Shown here piece after piece: positions 23,201 through 31,426 of a DNA stretch of 64,000 nucleotides (positions are counted from its first letter, which is position 1; every line of letters begins with the position of its first letter). The stretch spans positions 24,904-88,903 of the forward strand of contig DATHKT010000020.1 in NCBI GenBank assembly GCA_035489035.1. The letters are read 5' to 3'. Both the position numbers and the translations under genes were made by a program. The notes under the pieces are model-generated. The model was not told where the DNA came from and ran no database searches. It was given only the letters and a program-made list of their open reading frames with translations. This DNA comes from Mucilaginibacter sp. (GTDB taxonomy: Bacteria > Bacteroidota > Bacteroidia > Sphingobacteriales > Sphingobacteriaceae).

Positions 23201-23895
23201 TAATGGATGCATACAAGAGGGATTCGATGGATATGCGGCAGAACAAAACCTATAGCTTTAACATTTACAAAAAAGATACATTAAGCTTTGGGCCTAAGCG
23301 CTTTACCCTGGTTGTCCGTCAAAATCCGGCTTATGCCTATCATTTATTAGATTTTACAGCTAATAAGCTACCCACTGCCCGCCAGGTACAAATAGTTTGG
23401 AAAACTGAGAACGAAGAGAACTACACCCATTTTACTGTGGAACGTAGCATCGATCAGGGTAAAACATTTGATGTATTGGGCAGCGCAAAGGCGGCAGGAC
23501 AGGGTACCTACAGCCTTTTGGATAAAACCCCGGTTGTGGGCCAAAACCTGTACCGTTTGAAACAAGAGGATATAAACAGTACCATTTCCTATTCAAAACC
23601 GGTTACAGTGCTTTATGCAAATCTGAGCAACCAAACCATAGCTAATAACCTGAGTATTTATCCCAACCCGGTGATCAATACCGTTAATTTAGACATCCTT
23701 TCAAAAACCACCGAAAATTCTTCTTACCGAATCAGGTTTATGAGCAGCGCGGGTGTTATAGTGAAACAGGTTATTTCATCACAGCCATCATGGCAGGGCA
23801 GCATAAGTAATTTGCAGCCGGGAATTTATCTCATACGCGTATTTAATAACAAAAATGACGCTTTTGTGGGTGAAACAAAATTTGTAAAATTATAA
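20221..23895 (+). CDS. Large T9SS type A cargo protein with NHL-repeat beta-propeller and putative Ig (He_PIG-like) domain, array paralogue A5
   Basis: TTG start; about six NHL repeats (A.F..P.GI..D..GNLYV.D..NN.IR.I); LPAGLAFDNTTGIISGTP Ig motif; same core and CTD. Confidence 0.9.
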   Translation: MKRRLSYLVVLLVLLISAINVVAQAPSISYSPSTNALLNGLPFSISPINSGGAVPATVYGTITTFVGSAAGAGGRANGTGTGATFNLPRSIAIDLAGNHYISDAGNNEIRLATSAGVVTLLAGNAAGTAGMANGTGTGASFNLPYDLTTDPSGNLYIADYNNNQIRKITIATGAVTLLAGNAGGGTGSANGTGTAASFNGPVGIVYNPVDGFLYVSDYANNLIRKVSLAGVVTTFAGSGTAGTTNATGTAARFDGPNGIGVDATGNMYVGDQNNNEVRKIIRATAVVSLFAGSTAGTAGTTDGTTTGARFNTPRGITVDASGNLYVTDSGNNTVRLITPAGLVSTFAGGAGTAGYTNAVGTAARFDQPRGLDFDPATGNLYVADYNNNAIRQIITTGYYISAPLPAGLAFDNTTGIISGTPTANFGATLYTVFAFNATGSSSTTITLSCTTPTTVTRWRGTTNTTWTTASNWSNGAPTTTASIEIGTVAYTGLKLQPTISANATIQSIEFGTLNTPTLTINSGITLTVNSGMGVDASSNATIKGPGTISLDGSSYIVPGGSITVALNGIVKLAATAQLVNSGTFTLASDASGSASIGAIPLTSSITGTFAVQRYVSGGSNTYRGYRLMSSPVYAAQVSGNNVYSLDYIKTSALITGTNGSTDGFDKAGNPTIYLFREDQAVSNTTFTSGNYFGLSKMNNAPSYNFYFNNVATLRQITAGNGFLFFFRGDRTTNLINKYTTTTSAESVTFSSSGTLNTGTIVVKDWYLASGLGYSSTAGNAAVKGFNLVGNPYPSSIDWDTFGTSITGANLSNTMYILDPVSKNYRSYTKGNGGVASDGTTSANVIPSGQGFFVLATAANPTLTFTEAAKTASQVPNINLYLGTPADNVVNKQNLHLQLAKDEINTDGIQISFNNNHINDQPYDYKVDAPYKVGYGAVSLSSRSSDNVDLSTHTVSLPGQGKAIIALNVSAKDDAIYKLTLKDITGIPQLYDIWLMDAYKRDSMDMRQNKTYSFNIYKKDTLSFGPKRFTLVVRQNPAYAYHLLDFTANKLPTARQVQIVWKTENEENYTHFTVERSIDQGKTFDVLGSAKAAGQGTYSLLDKTPVVGQNLYRLKQEDINSTISYSKPVTVLYANLSNQTIANNLSIYPNPVINTVNLDILSKTTENSSYRIRFMSSAGVIVKQVISSQPSWQGSISNLQPGIYLIRVFNNKNDAFVGETKFVKL

Positions 23896-24137
23896 TTTTC
23901 AGCAATTAAAATCAGTCCTTCACTACCTTAAAACAAGGATTGGGTGGCATGATGCATGTTTAAACAATCAACAGAAATGCCTCATAATCAGCCTCCTATT
24001 TATATCTACGTAAAGTGCTTTATATCAGCACAAAACACCAAAAATTAGCTATAAAAAAGCCGTAATTTAATTCGCTTTTTTTTGGAACCTATTTAAAAAA
24101 CATTCGTATAAGTTTTCAAGTATCTTATTAATTTAAA

Positions 24138-27100
24138 TTGAAAGCTATAATACATCGATTGTTTCTAATTGGTTTTTTGATAACCATTTTTGCGGCAAAC
24201 ACTTTTGCTTCAACTTTTGATTGGTCGGGCACCAAATTGGTTGGTGGTGTATATAACTGGAATACGATAGCAAACTGGAAGGTTAACGGCCTTGCTGCTA
24301 CCAGGCTTCCAAATAATACCGATATTGTACGGGTAGCCGTTACCGCATACACCAACGATCCTACTATTACAGACGCTCAATCATGCGCTGTTCTTATACT
24401 TGGCGTATTTGGCAACCTTGATCTCACTGTAAATGGTACCCTAACGGTTTTGGGTGATATCACCCAAAATAATGATCCTGATTTTTTTCAAACCACTAAA
24501 TTGGCCGGTGCAGGAACTATCATCTGTAAGAATTTTAATGTTGGCGACAATACTCAGCCAACCAGCGAAACAGGTGTAGTAACTGCTATTAGCAGTACGG
24601 TGAAGCAATTGACCATAAATGGCAACCTTACATTAAATGCAGCGGGCAATAACCTTGGCGATGGTATAGAGTATCCCTTCTTTTCATTAGATGCCAATAA
24701 GCTATTATTATATGGTCAAATAAAAACTTCAAGCTATAGCAATCCAAAATCAGGGGCCGTTGATGATCCATTATTCCCTGGTATAGGGTTGTTCCAGGCC
24801 GACTCTTATGCGGCAGCAACAACAATCGAATTACCAAATAATAATCCTATCGTATTACCTATTGTTACAGGATTTACTATTGACTTTACCAACAACGGCC
24901 CGGGGCTCGGAACTGTTATTTATGATGCAGCAGCAGGCACACAAGCAATTTACACTACCGCAACAACCGGCCTTGGCATAGTTTACTATAACTACGATTA
25001 CCTGCTCTTTTCTGGCGCCAGCGCCAAATTAGCAGCCGGAGGTGCATTTACTATTGGTAAAAACTGGACAACAAGCGGTACCGGTGCAGTAAATCTAAAT
25101 ACCAATAACCCGACTGTCTCCATAGGCGGTGTCTGGGCTAATTCAACCACTGTTACACAGGGTACCGGGAGTATCACAGTAACCGGGCCATTCATAAATA
25201 CTACCGGCATAGTGCAGTGCGGCACGGGAAATATCGTATTTAAAGGAAACTATACCAATAGCAAAACTTTTAATGTAGGAACCGGCACGATCAGTTTTTC
25301 CGGAGCAACACAAACGCTGTTAGATAATGGCACTGGTACCATATTTAATAAAGTTACTTTTAATGGCACGGGTACATCCACCATGACAGCAGGAGTAGGT
25401 AATTTTTCGGTATCAAGCACTGGTTTGTTAACGCTGGTGAGCCCGGCTAAACTGGTTACCGGCGCCGGCGCTGCCTCTTTTTTAACCTTGAAATCAGGCG
25501 CCACCAGCTCTGCTACTGTTACTGCCTTATCCGGCACATCAACCATTACAGGCAATGTAAACGTGGAACGCTATTTAACAGGCGGCAGCGCTACTTATCG
25601 CAGCTACCGGCTACTATCATCGCCGGTGTATGCCGCAACAGTAGGCGGGAACAATGTATACAGCATTAATTACTTAAAAAAATCCAGTTACCTTACCGGT
25701 ACTTTAGGAGCCCTTGGTGGTTTTGATAAAGCTGGTAACCCTACCCTTTATCTATATCGTGAAAATACAGCAGTATCAACCAACTCATTTAGCGCCGGGA
25801 ATTTCAGGGGCATCAATAGTATTGTTGTTTCGCCAAACTACCTGATAGACGGTGATTTGGGTATATTTAATATCCCGGTGGGTAATGGCTTTCTATTCTT
25901 TTTTAGGGGCGATAGAAGTACCACCCTTGCCAGTAAAACTATAGCTCCCTATACAAATCCTGAGAATACAACTTTAGTAACTACCGGCTCATTAAACCAG
26001 GGCCAGGTAACAGTAAAGGATTGGTATACACCTGCCTCGGCAAATTTGGGGTATACCACAATAACCGGTAATGCCTCTGTGCGGGGTTATAATTTAGTGG
26101 GTAACCCTTATGCAAGTTCCATTAACTGGGATCTGTATAATACAACCACGCCTACTACTGGTATTTATGCCTCCGGTGTTGGTACTACTATCTATGTATT
26201 TGATCCTTCGAGTAAAAACTATGGCGCTTATACTAAAGGACTTGGTGTTGGCACACACAATGCCAGCAGCACGTTGGCAAGCGGCCAGGGCTTTTTCGTT
26301 GTAGCCACAAGCGCAGCAGCCAAATTGACCTTTAACGAATCGGCTAAAGTAAATACCCAAAATACCGGCCTTAAATTATTAATGGGCAAGCCCGTTGACG
26401 ATTACGCCAACAACCAATATATACGCCTGCAATTGAACCAGGATTCTGTTAACAATGATGACATCGTTATCCATTTTAGCAGCGGGGCCAGTACGGATTA
26501 TGTACAAGATGAAGATGCCCCATATAAGCCGGGTTATGGTACCGTGAGCATGGCCAGTATATCAAGCAATAATGTGACCCTGGCTATCAATAACCTTCCT
26601 TTGCCAAAAACAAGTCAGACTATAGACCTGGCTGTAAATACCGTTGCTGATGGAACTTACAACATAAATATGAAGGAGCTGGAAGGTGTACCTCAACTTT
26701 TTGATGTATGGCTAATGGATACTTTCAAAAAGGATTCGGCAGATATGCGTCATAATACAACTTATACTTTTGAGGTTTCAAAAAGTGACACCAATAGCTT
26801 TGGTACGCACCGGTTTAAGTTGGTTATCCGCCAAAACACTGAATATGCTTACCAGTTGCTGAATTTCACGGCGGCTAAAGTAACAGCAGCAAATGCCAGG
26901 CAGGTGCAGGCAACCTGGAGAACCAAAAATGAACAAAATTATACACACTTTACCGTGGAACGCAGCACCGATAATGGAAAGAATTATGAAGTTTTGGGTG
27001 GTTTTGCCTCAAATGCCGTAGGGTCGTATAGCATTAAAGATAAAAATCCTGTTAACGGGCAAAATCTTTACCGGCTGAAACAGGAAGACATTAACAGCAA

Positions 27101-27410
27101 TATCAGCTACTCCAAAGTTGCACCTGTTGAGTATTCTGATCTGAGCAATAGCATGGTTAAAAGTAATATTAACGTATACCCTAACCCGGCAACCAATGTA
27201 ATTCACCTGGCAGTATCGCCCGATGCGAATGTCAAAAATTATAAGATCACGATCACTAACAACGTAGGTTTGGTCATCAAAGAAGTCACTTCTGCACAGC
27301 CGGTGTGGCAGGGAAGTGTAAGCGAGTTACTTGCCGGAACTTATTTTATCCAGGTGATAAGCACTAAAGACAAAAGCTTTGTTGGCCAGGCGAAGTTTGT
27401 AAAGATGTAA
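24138..27410 (+). CDS. Large T9SS type A cargo protein, array paralogue A6
   Basis: TTG start, signal peptide, same core and CTD (VYPNP...KFVKM). Confidence 0.9.
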   Translation: MKAIIHRLFLIGFLITIFAANTFASTFDWSGTKLVGGVYNWNTIANWKVNGLAATRLPNNTDIVRVAVTAYTNDPTITDAQSCAVLILGVFGNLDLTVNGTLTVLGDITQNNDPDFFQTTKLAGAGTIICKNFNVGDNTQPTSETGVVTAISSTVKQLTINGNLTLNAAGNNLGDGIEYPFFSLDANKLLLYGQIKTSSYSNPKSGAVDDPLFPGIGLFQADSYAAATTIELPNNNPIVLPIVTGFTIDFTNNGPGLGTVIYDAAAGTQAIYTTATTGLGIVYYNYDYLLFSGASAKLAAGGAFTIGKNWTTSGTGAVNLNTNNPTVSIGGVWANSTTVTQGTGSITVTGPFINTTGIVQCGTGNIVFKGNYTNSKTFNVGTGTISFSGATQTLLDNGTGTIFNKVTFNGTGTSTMTAGVGNFSVSSTGLLTLVSPAKLVTGAGAASFLTLKSGATSSATVTALSGTSTITGNVNVERYLTGGSATYRSYRLLSSPVYAATVGGNNVYSINYLKKSSYLTGTLGALGGFDKAGNPTLYLYRENTAVSTNSFSAGNFRGINSIVVSPNYLIDGDLGIFNIPVGNGFLFFFRGDRSTTLASKTIAPYTNPENTTLVTTGSLNQGQVTVKDWYTPASANLGYTTITGNASVRGYNLVGNPYASSINWDLYNTTTPTTGIYASGVGTTIYVFDPSSKNYGAYTKGLGVGTHNASSTLASGQGFFVVATSAAAKLTFNESAKVNTQNTGLKLLMGKPVDDYANNQYIRLQLNQDSVNNDDIVIHFSSGASTDYVQDEDAPYKPGYGTVSMASISSNNVTLAINNLPLPKTSQTIDLAVNTVADGTYNINMKELEGVPQLFDVWLMDTFKKDSADMRHNTTYTFEVSKSDTNSFGTHRFKLVIRQNTEYAYQLLNFTAAKVTAANARQVQATWRTKNEQNYTHFTVERSTDNGKNYEVLGGFASNAVGSYSIKDKNPVNGQNLYRLKQEDINSNISYSKVAPVEYSDLSNSMVKSNINVYPNPATNVIHLAVSPDANVKNYKITITNNVGLVIKEVTSAQPVWQGSVSELLAGTYFIQVISTKDKSFVGQAKFVKM

Positions 27411-27517
27411 CTGTAGCCCGCAGTAATCTAATTTCAAATAATCATATAATACTATTCAAAAAAATCCCCGCTGCAATCTGCAGAGAGGATAATTAAAACA
27501 ATAAATACGTAGTAGTA

Positions 27518-28174
27518 TTATGATCTTGTTGATGCAGTTTGTGGCGGAGCAAGTTGTAACTGGCTGATAATGCCATCCACCACCTTAGGCAGATCATCAA
27601 TATTCTTTTGAGGGTTTTTGTGAACCTCACCCACACCAAATCCACGCCATACAACTCTTTTGGTATGGGTATCAATCAGGTCAATAATAATGGTGCCTTC
27701 CTTATAGTGTTCCTTATCCACTACCGTTGAGCCACCGTAATAGATGAATGGTTGTCCGTATCCGTAATAATAAGGGCGGTAGCCTCCCCAGCCATATCCG
27801 TATCCAAGCCCAAAACCCCAGCCGGGATAAAAGCCCGAGCCATAACCGCTGCCATAATAAGTATCAGCATATACTTGTTTAGAGCCGCGCCCTATTTTAG
27901 CGGTATAGGTTACCAGCAGGTCGGGATTGGTGGTTTGTAATTTCAACCCCTTCATAGAAAGTGATGCAACAGCAGCATCCTTTATTTTCAGATCAGCCAT
28001 AGCACTGCCTGCGGCGGATCTATTGTTTTTACCTTCAGGCGGGATCCATGCGAACGAGCGGTACCTGCTCATATTGGTTTTATTAAGACCGGCAGTATAA
28101 TAGTTATAGCTGCTGCATGCTGATAATCCCGAAATAATTAATAATCCGAGGATAAGATAAGATGATGTTTTCAT
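27518..28174 (-). CDS. DUF4136-domain lipoprotein
   Basis: Lipobox LSA-C; YRSFAW motif, Gly/Tyr-rich insert, YKEGTIIIDLID...VVWRG motif typical of DUF4136. Confidence 0.8.
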   Translation of the reverse strand: MKTSSYLILGLLIISGLSACSSYNYYTAGLNKTNMSRYRSFAWIPPEGKNNRSAAGSAMADLKIKDAAVASLSMKGLKLQTTNPDLLVTYTAKIGRGSKQVYADTYYGSGYGSGFYPGWGFGLGYGYGWGGYRPYYYGYGQPFIYYGGSTVVDKEHYKEGTIIIDLIDTHTKRVVWRGFGVGEVHKNPQKNIDDLPKVVDGIISQLQLAPPQTASTRS

Positions 28175-28264
28175 GGCTATGTTCCCTTTGTGGTTTATTA
28201 GACAATTTACAGTTAAAAGGGTTTAATCAGAAAATAAATTTTTTAGCGTTTTTCTGTCACTTTT

Positions 28265-29914
28265 TCAAGACAAATATTTACCTACAATAGGCATACGCCT
28301 GCCCATTCCAAATGCCTTTGGCGATACCCTTAATATAGGCGGAGTTTGATAGCGCTTATGCTCGGCAAGGTTTACCAGTTTAAGCACCCTGCGGACGGTT
28401 TGCTCGTCATAGCCCATCTTGGTGATCTCACCTGATGAGCACCTGTTTTCGATATACTCCATCAAGATAGGATCAAGCACATCATACTCAGGCAGCGAAT
28501 CGGTATCCTTTTGGTCAGGCCTCAATTCGGCAGAGGGTGGTTTTACGATCGTATTTTCGGGTATGATCTCGCGCTCGCGGTTAAGATATCTTGCCAACTC
28601 AAACACCTGGGTTTTGTAAACATCACCGATAACCGAAATTCCCCCGCACATATCGCCATATAAAGTGCCATAGCCCACCGCGGCCTCGCTTTTATTGGAG
28701 GTATTTAACAAAATATAGCCAAACTTATTACACATAGCCATAAGCACCACGGCGCGACTGCGCGATTGTATATTTTCTTCAGCGATATTGAATGGCAAAT
28801 TGTTGAACTGTGGCTGAAGCGTGCTTTCAAATGCTTCGGTGATATGCCTGATAGCAATAGTCTCGCTTTTGCAGCCCAGGTTCTTCACCAGGTCCTCCGC
28901 ATCCTTGATAGAATGATCACTTGAAAAGCGAGAAGGTAACAGCACGGCCATCACATTTTGCGGCCCCAGGGCCTCTGCCGCAAGTGCGCAAACTACAGCC
29001 GAATCTATCCCCCCTGACAATCCCAATATGGCGCTCTTAAACCCGGATTTATAAAAATAATCCCGGATGCCCAGGATAAGCCCCTGGTATATCTGTTCAA
29101 TATCACTTTGCCGTTCTTTTTTGCGGGTTGTGGGTTGCTGCAACTGTACTTCGGCTTTGTCTGCCAATACATAATAAGCCACACTTTCTTCAAAGTAAGG
29201 CAGTTCGTCCACCAGTTCACCGGTATTATCAAATATCAGCGAACCACCATCAAATATCAATTCTGTTTGCGCACCAACATGGTTCAAATAAAATAAGGGT
29301 AATTTATATCTCTTGGCGTTATCACTCAGGATAGCAATACGTTCCTCATCATGATTGTAAGCAAACGGCGAAGCCGCAATATTGATCATTACATCGGGCT
29401 GCTCCTTGATAAGCACATCCATCGGGCGGGTTACATACAACGGATTTTCGATGGTGTTCCATAGATCCTCGCAAATGGTCAATGCTATGCGATGCCCTTT
29501 AAAATCAATACACTTGAATTGGGTTGATGGTTCAAAATATCGGTATTCATCAAATATGTCATAATTGGGGAGCAATGCCTTATTTACAATGGCCTTTACT
29601 TCTCCGTTCTCAATAAAATAGGCGGAGTTATTCAACTCCTTACCTTCAGGATTATTATTATAGGTTGGCAGGCCAATAATACAAGCGATATCCCGGCAGG
29701 AGTCAGCAATGGTTTTAGCCGCCTGGTCGCACAGGTCAATAAATTCCCTGAACTCCAAAAAATCCCGCGAAGGATATCCGCAAACACATAGCTCGGCAAA
29801 AACTACCAGGTCGGCCCCTTGTTGTTTTGCTTTTTGTATATGGTCGATAATTTTAGCAGTGTTCGATTCAAAATTACCAACATGATAGTTCAATTGTGCC
29901 AGTGCGATCTTCAT
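28265..29914 (-). CDS. nadE: Glutamine-dependent NAD+ synthetase
   Basis: N-terminal nitrilase-like domain (MKIALAQLN, VFAEL, KALLPNY, TICEDLW) plus synthetase motifs LGLSGGIDS, EENIQSR, NKSE, SAELRPDQKD. Confidence 0.95.
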   Translation of the reverse strand: MKIALAQLNYHVGNFESNTAKIIDHIQKAKQQGADLVVFAELCVCGYPSRDFLEFREFIDLCDQAAKTIADSCRDIACIIGLPTYNNNPEGKELNNSAYFIENGEVKAIVNKALLPNYDIFDEYRYFEPSTQFKCIDFKGHRIALTICEDLWNTIENPLYVTRPMDVLIKEQPDVMINIAASPFAYNHDEERIAILSDNAKRYKLPLFYLNHVGAQTELIFDGGSLIFDNTGELVDELPYFEESVAYYVLADKAEVQLQQPTTRKKERQSDIEQIYQGLILGIRDYFYKSGFKSAILGLSGGIDSAVVCALAAEALGPQNVMAVLLPSRFSSDHSIKDAEDLVKNLGCKSETIAIRHITEAFESTLQPQFNNLPFNIAEENIQSRSRAVVLMAMCNKFGYILLNTSNKSEAAVGYGTLYGDMCGGISVIGDVYKTQVFELARYLNREREIIPENTIVKPPSAELRPDQKDTDSLPEYDVLDPILMEYIENRCSSGEITKMGYDEQTVRRVLKLVNLAEHKRYQTPPILRVSPKAFGMGRRMPIVGKYLS

Positions 29915-29960
29915 ATTACAGATGATATCAATTTGCTTGTGTGAATGTGGGTTAAAAATC

Positions 29961-29968
29961 TAATTTTG
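29961..29968 (+). promoter_or_regulatory. -7 box of gldB
   Basis: TAATTTTG, 15 nt upstream of ATG 29984. Confidence 0.55.
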
Positions 29969-29983
29969 CTAAAAGAACGAAAA

Positions 29984-31021
29984 ATGACCTTCAATTCGCA
30001 CACAGCAAAACAAATTTACCTAATTTTTCTGACGAGTTTGCTATTAACCGCCTGCGGCCGCTCTAAAAAAGTCGATGTCAGCAATATTGATATTAACGTG
30101 ACAATAGAGCGCTTTGACCATGATCTGGACGCTATGCGTACCAAGCCGATGAATACGCAGGTGGCCTTTATGGAAACAAAGTATGGGGCCTTTTACCAGG
30201 ACTATATGGAGCGTGTTGTGCGCTGGGGGGCTATTAGAGATACCGTTTATTATAAAACAGTGCGCGAAGTGCTGGGCGCCCAATCCTACAAAGACCTGAA
30301 GCATGATGTGGATTCCATCTACCCTAACATGGATAAACAAAATGCCGAAATAACAGACGCCTTCAGGCATATTAAATATTATTTCCCCCAGAAAAACCTG
30401 CCTAGAGTATATGCTTACTTCTCGGGCTTCCAGTTGCAAAAATCTATCGGCAATGGCTATTTCGCTATCGGGCTGGATATGTTTTTGGGGGCAGATTCAA
30501 GGTTTTACCCCGCCCTTAAAGAAACGATACCGCATTACGTATCGCGCAGGTTTACGCCGGATAACATTGCACCACGTGTAGTAGAAGGTATAGCCCGCGA
30601 GGACATGTTCCCGGAGAACGACCAGGATAAATCCCTGCTCTCCAAAATGATATACAACGGGAAGATCTTGTACTTTATGGATAGGATACTACCCGATGCA
30701 CCTGATTCGACCAAAATTGGCTATACCGGCAAACAATTCAAATGGTGTGACGATTTTAAAGCCAATATATGGGGCTATTTTTTGGAAGAAAAGCTTCTGT
30801 ATGAAACCGATTATGAGAAAATTCAGCGGTACCTGGGTGAGGCCCCTTTTACACCGGGTTTAGGCGAGAATAACGAGTCGGCCCCAAGGCTTGCCTTATG
30901 GACCGGCTGGCAAATAGTACGCCAGTATATGGACAAGCATCCGGAGGTGACGCTGCCGCAGCTAATGGCCGACAGGGACGCGCAGAAGATACTGAATGAA
31001 TCGAAGTATAGGCCGAAGTAG
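29984..31021 (+). CDS. gldB: Gliding motility lipoprotein GldB
   Basis: Lipobox LTA-C; IGLDMFLG and GEAPFT...ESAPRLALWTGWQIVRQYM motifs. Start moved to ATG 29984. Confidence 0.85.
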   Translation: MTFNSHTAKQIYLIFLTSLLLTACGRSKKVDVSNIDINVTIERFDHDLDAMRTKPMNTQVAFMETKYGAFYQDYMERVVRWGAIRDTVYYKTVREVLGAQSYKDLKHDVDSIYPNMDKQNAEITDAFRHIKYYFPQKNLPRVYAYFSGFQLQKSIGNGYFAIGLDMFLGADSRFYPALKETIPHYVSRRFTPDNIAPRVVEGIAREDMFPENDQDKSLLSKMIYNGKILYFMDRILPDAPDSTKIGYTGKQFKWCDDFKANIWGYFLEEKLLYETDYEKIQRYLGEAPFTPGLGENNESAPRLALWTGWQIVRQYMDKHPEVTLPQLMADRDAQKILNESKYRPK

Positions 31022-31096
31022 GCCTCCTCTAAATCTCTCCGCTGGTTAGCGGAGAGACTTTTAAGCCCTCCCTTCCGGGGAGGGTTGGGTGGGGCT
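31022..31096 (-). repeat. REP-like element family A copy 2 plus an adjacent CCCTCCC..GGGAGGG palindrome
   Basis: 31022..31062 is close to the reverse complement of 590..631; GCCCTCCCTTCCGGGGAGGGTTGGGTGGGGC follows. Confidence 0.7.
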
Positions 31097-31110
31097 TTGG
31101 TTCAGACAAC

Positions 31111-31147
31111 AAAAAGAGCGTTACGGGATATCCGCAACGCTCTTTTT
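31111..31147. terminator. Bidirectional intrinsic terminator
   Basis: AAAAAGAGCGTT...AACGCTCTTTTT stem with A and T tracts, between convergent genes. Confidence 0.8.
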
Positions 31148-31168
31148 ATATGGAATATTTTATTTAAT

Positions 31169-31357
31169 TTATTTCAAAATCGAAAATACACCCTTTAAAG
31201 CAAGTGCAACACCAACGATCAATATTACATTAGATGCCCATGAAAAATAAGCGGCATCATTAACAAAACGAAGGTATACACCCACCAGGCCAATGATAAG
31301 AGATATAGTGATCAAGAAGTAATGGCGTTCATCGTTTGCGTTCTCTACTGAGTTCAT
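31169..31357 (-). CDS. Small two-helix membrane protein (hypothetical)
   Basis: 62 aa from ATG 31357, two hydrophobic segments, co-oriented with the upstream lipoprotein gene. Confidence 0.6.
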   Translation of the reverse strand: MNSVENANDERHYFLITISLIIGLVGVYLRFVNDAAYFSWASNVILIVGVALALKGVFSILK

Positions 31358-31426
31358 GTTGTTACGGGTTATTGTTTGCGACAAAAATAGCAATGTTTAA
31401 CTAAAATCGATAATACTTTTAACATT

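Noticed and set aside
5882-27206. Numerous antisense and alternate-frame ORFs of 60-116 aa inside the array genes
   Set aside because: They are shadows of Thr/Gly/Asn-rich codon usage (Val/Pro/Leu-rich translations), fully overlap long genes and have no family motifs.
5196-27410. Diversity-generating retroelement or shufflon acting on the array
   Set aside because: No reverse transcriptase or recombinase in the window, no near-identical TR/VR pair differing at adenines, no inverted recombination sites, and all genes are co-oriented.
5196-27410. Polymorphic toxin/immunity locus
   Set aside because: Variation is N-terminal, the C-termini are T9SS sorting domains, and no credible immunity ORFs lie between the genes.
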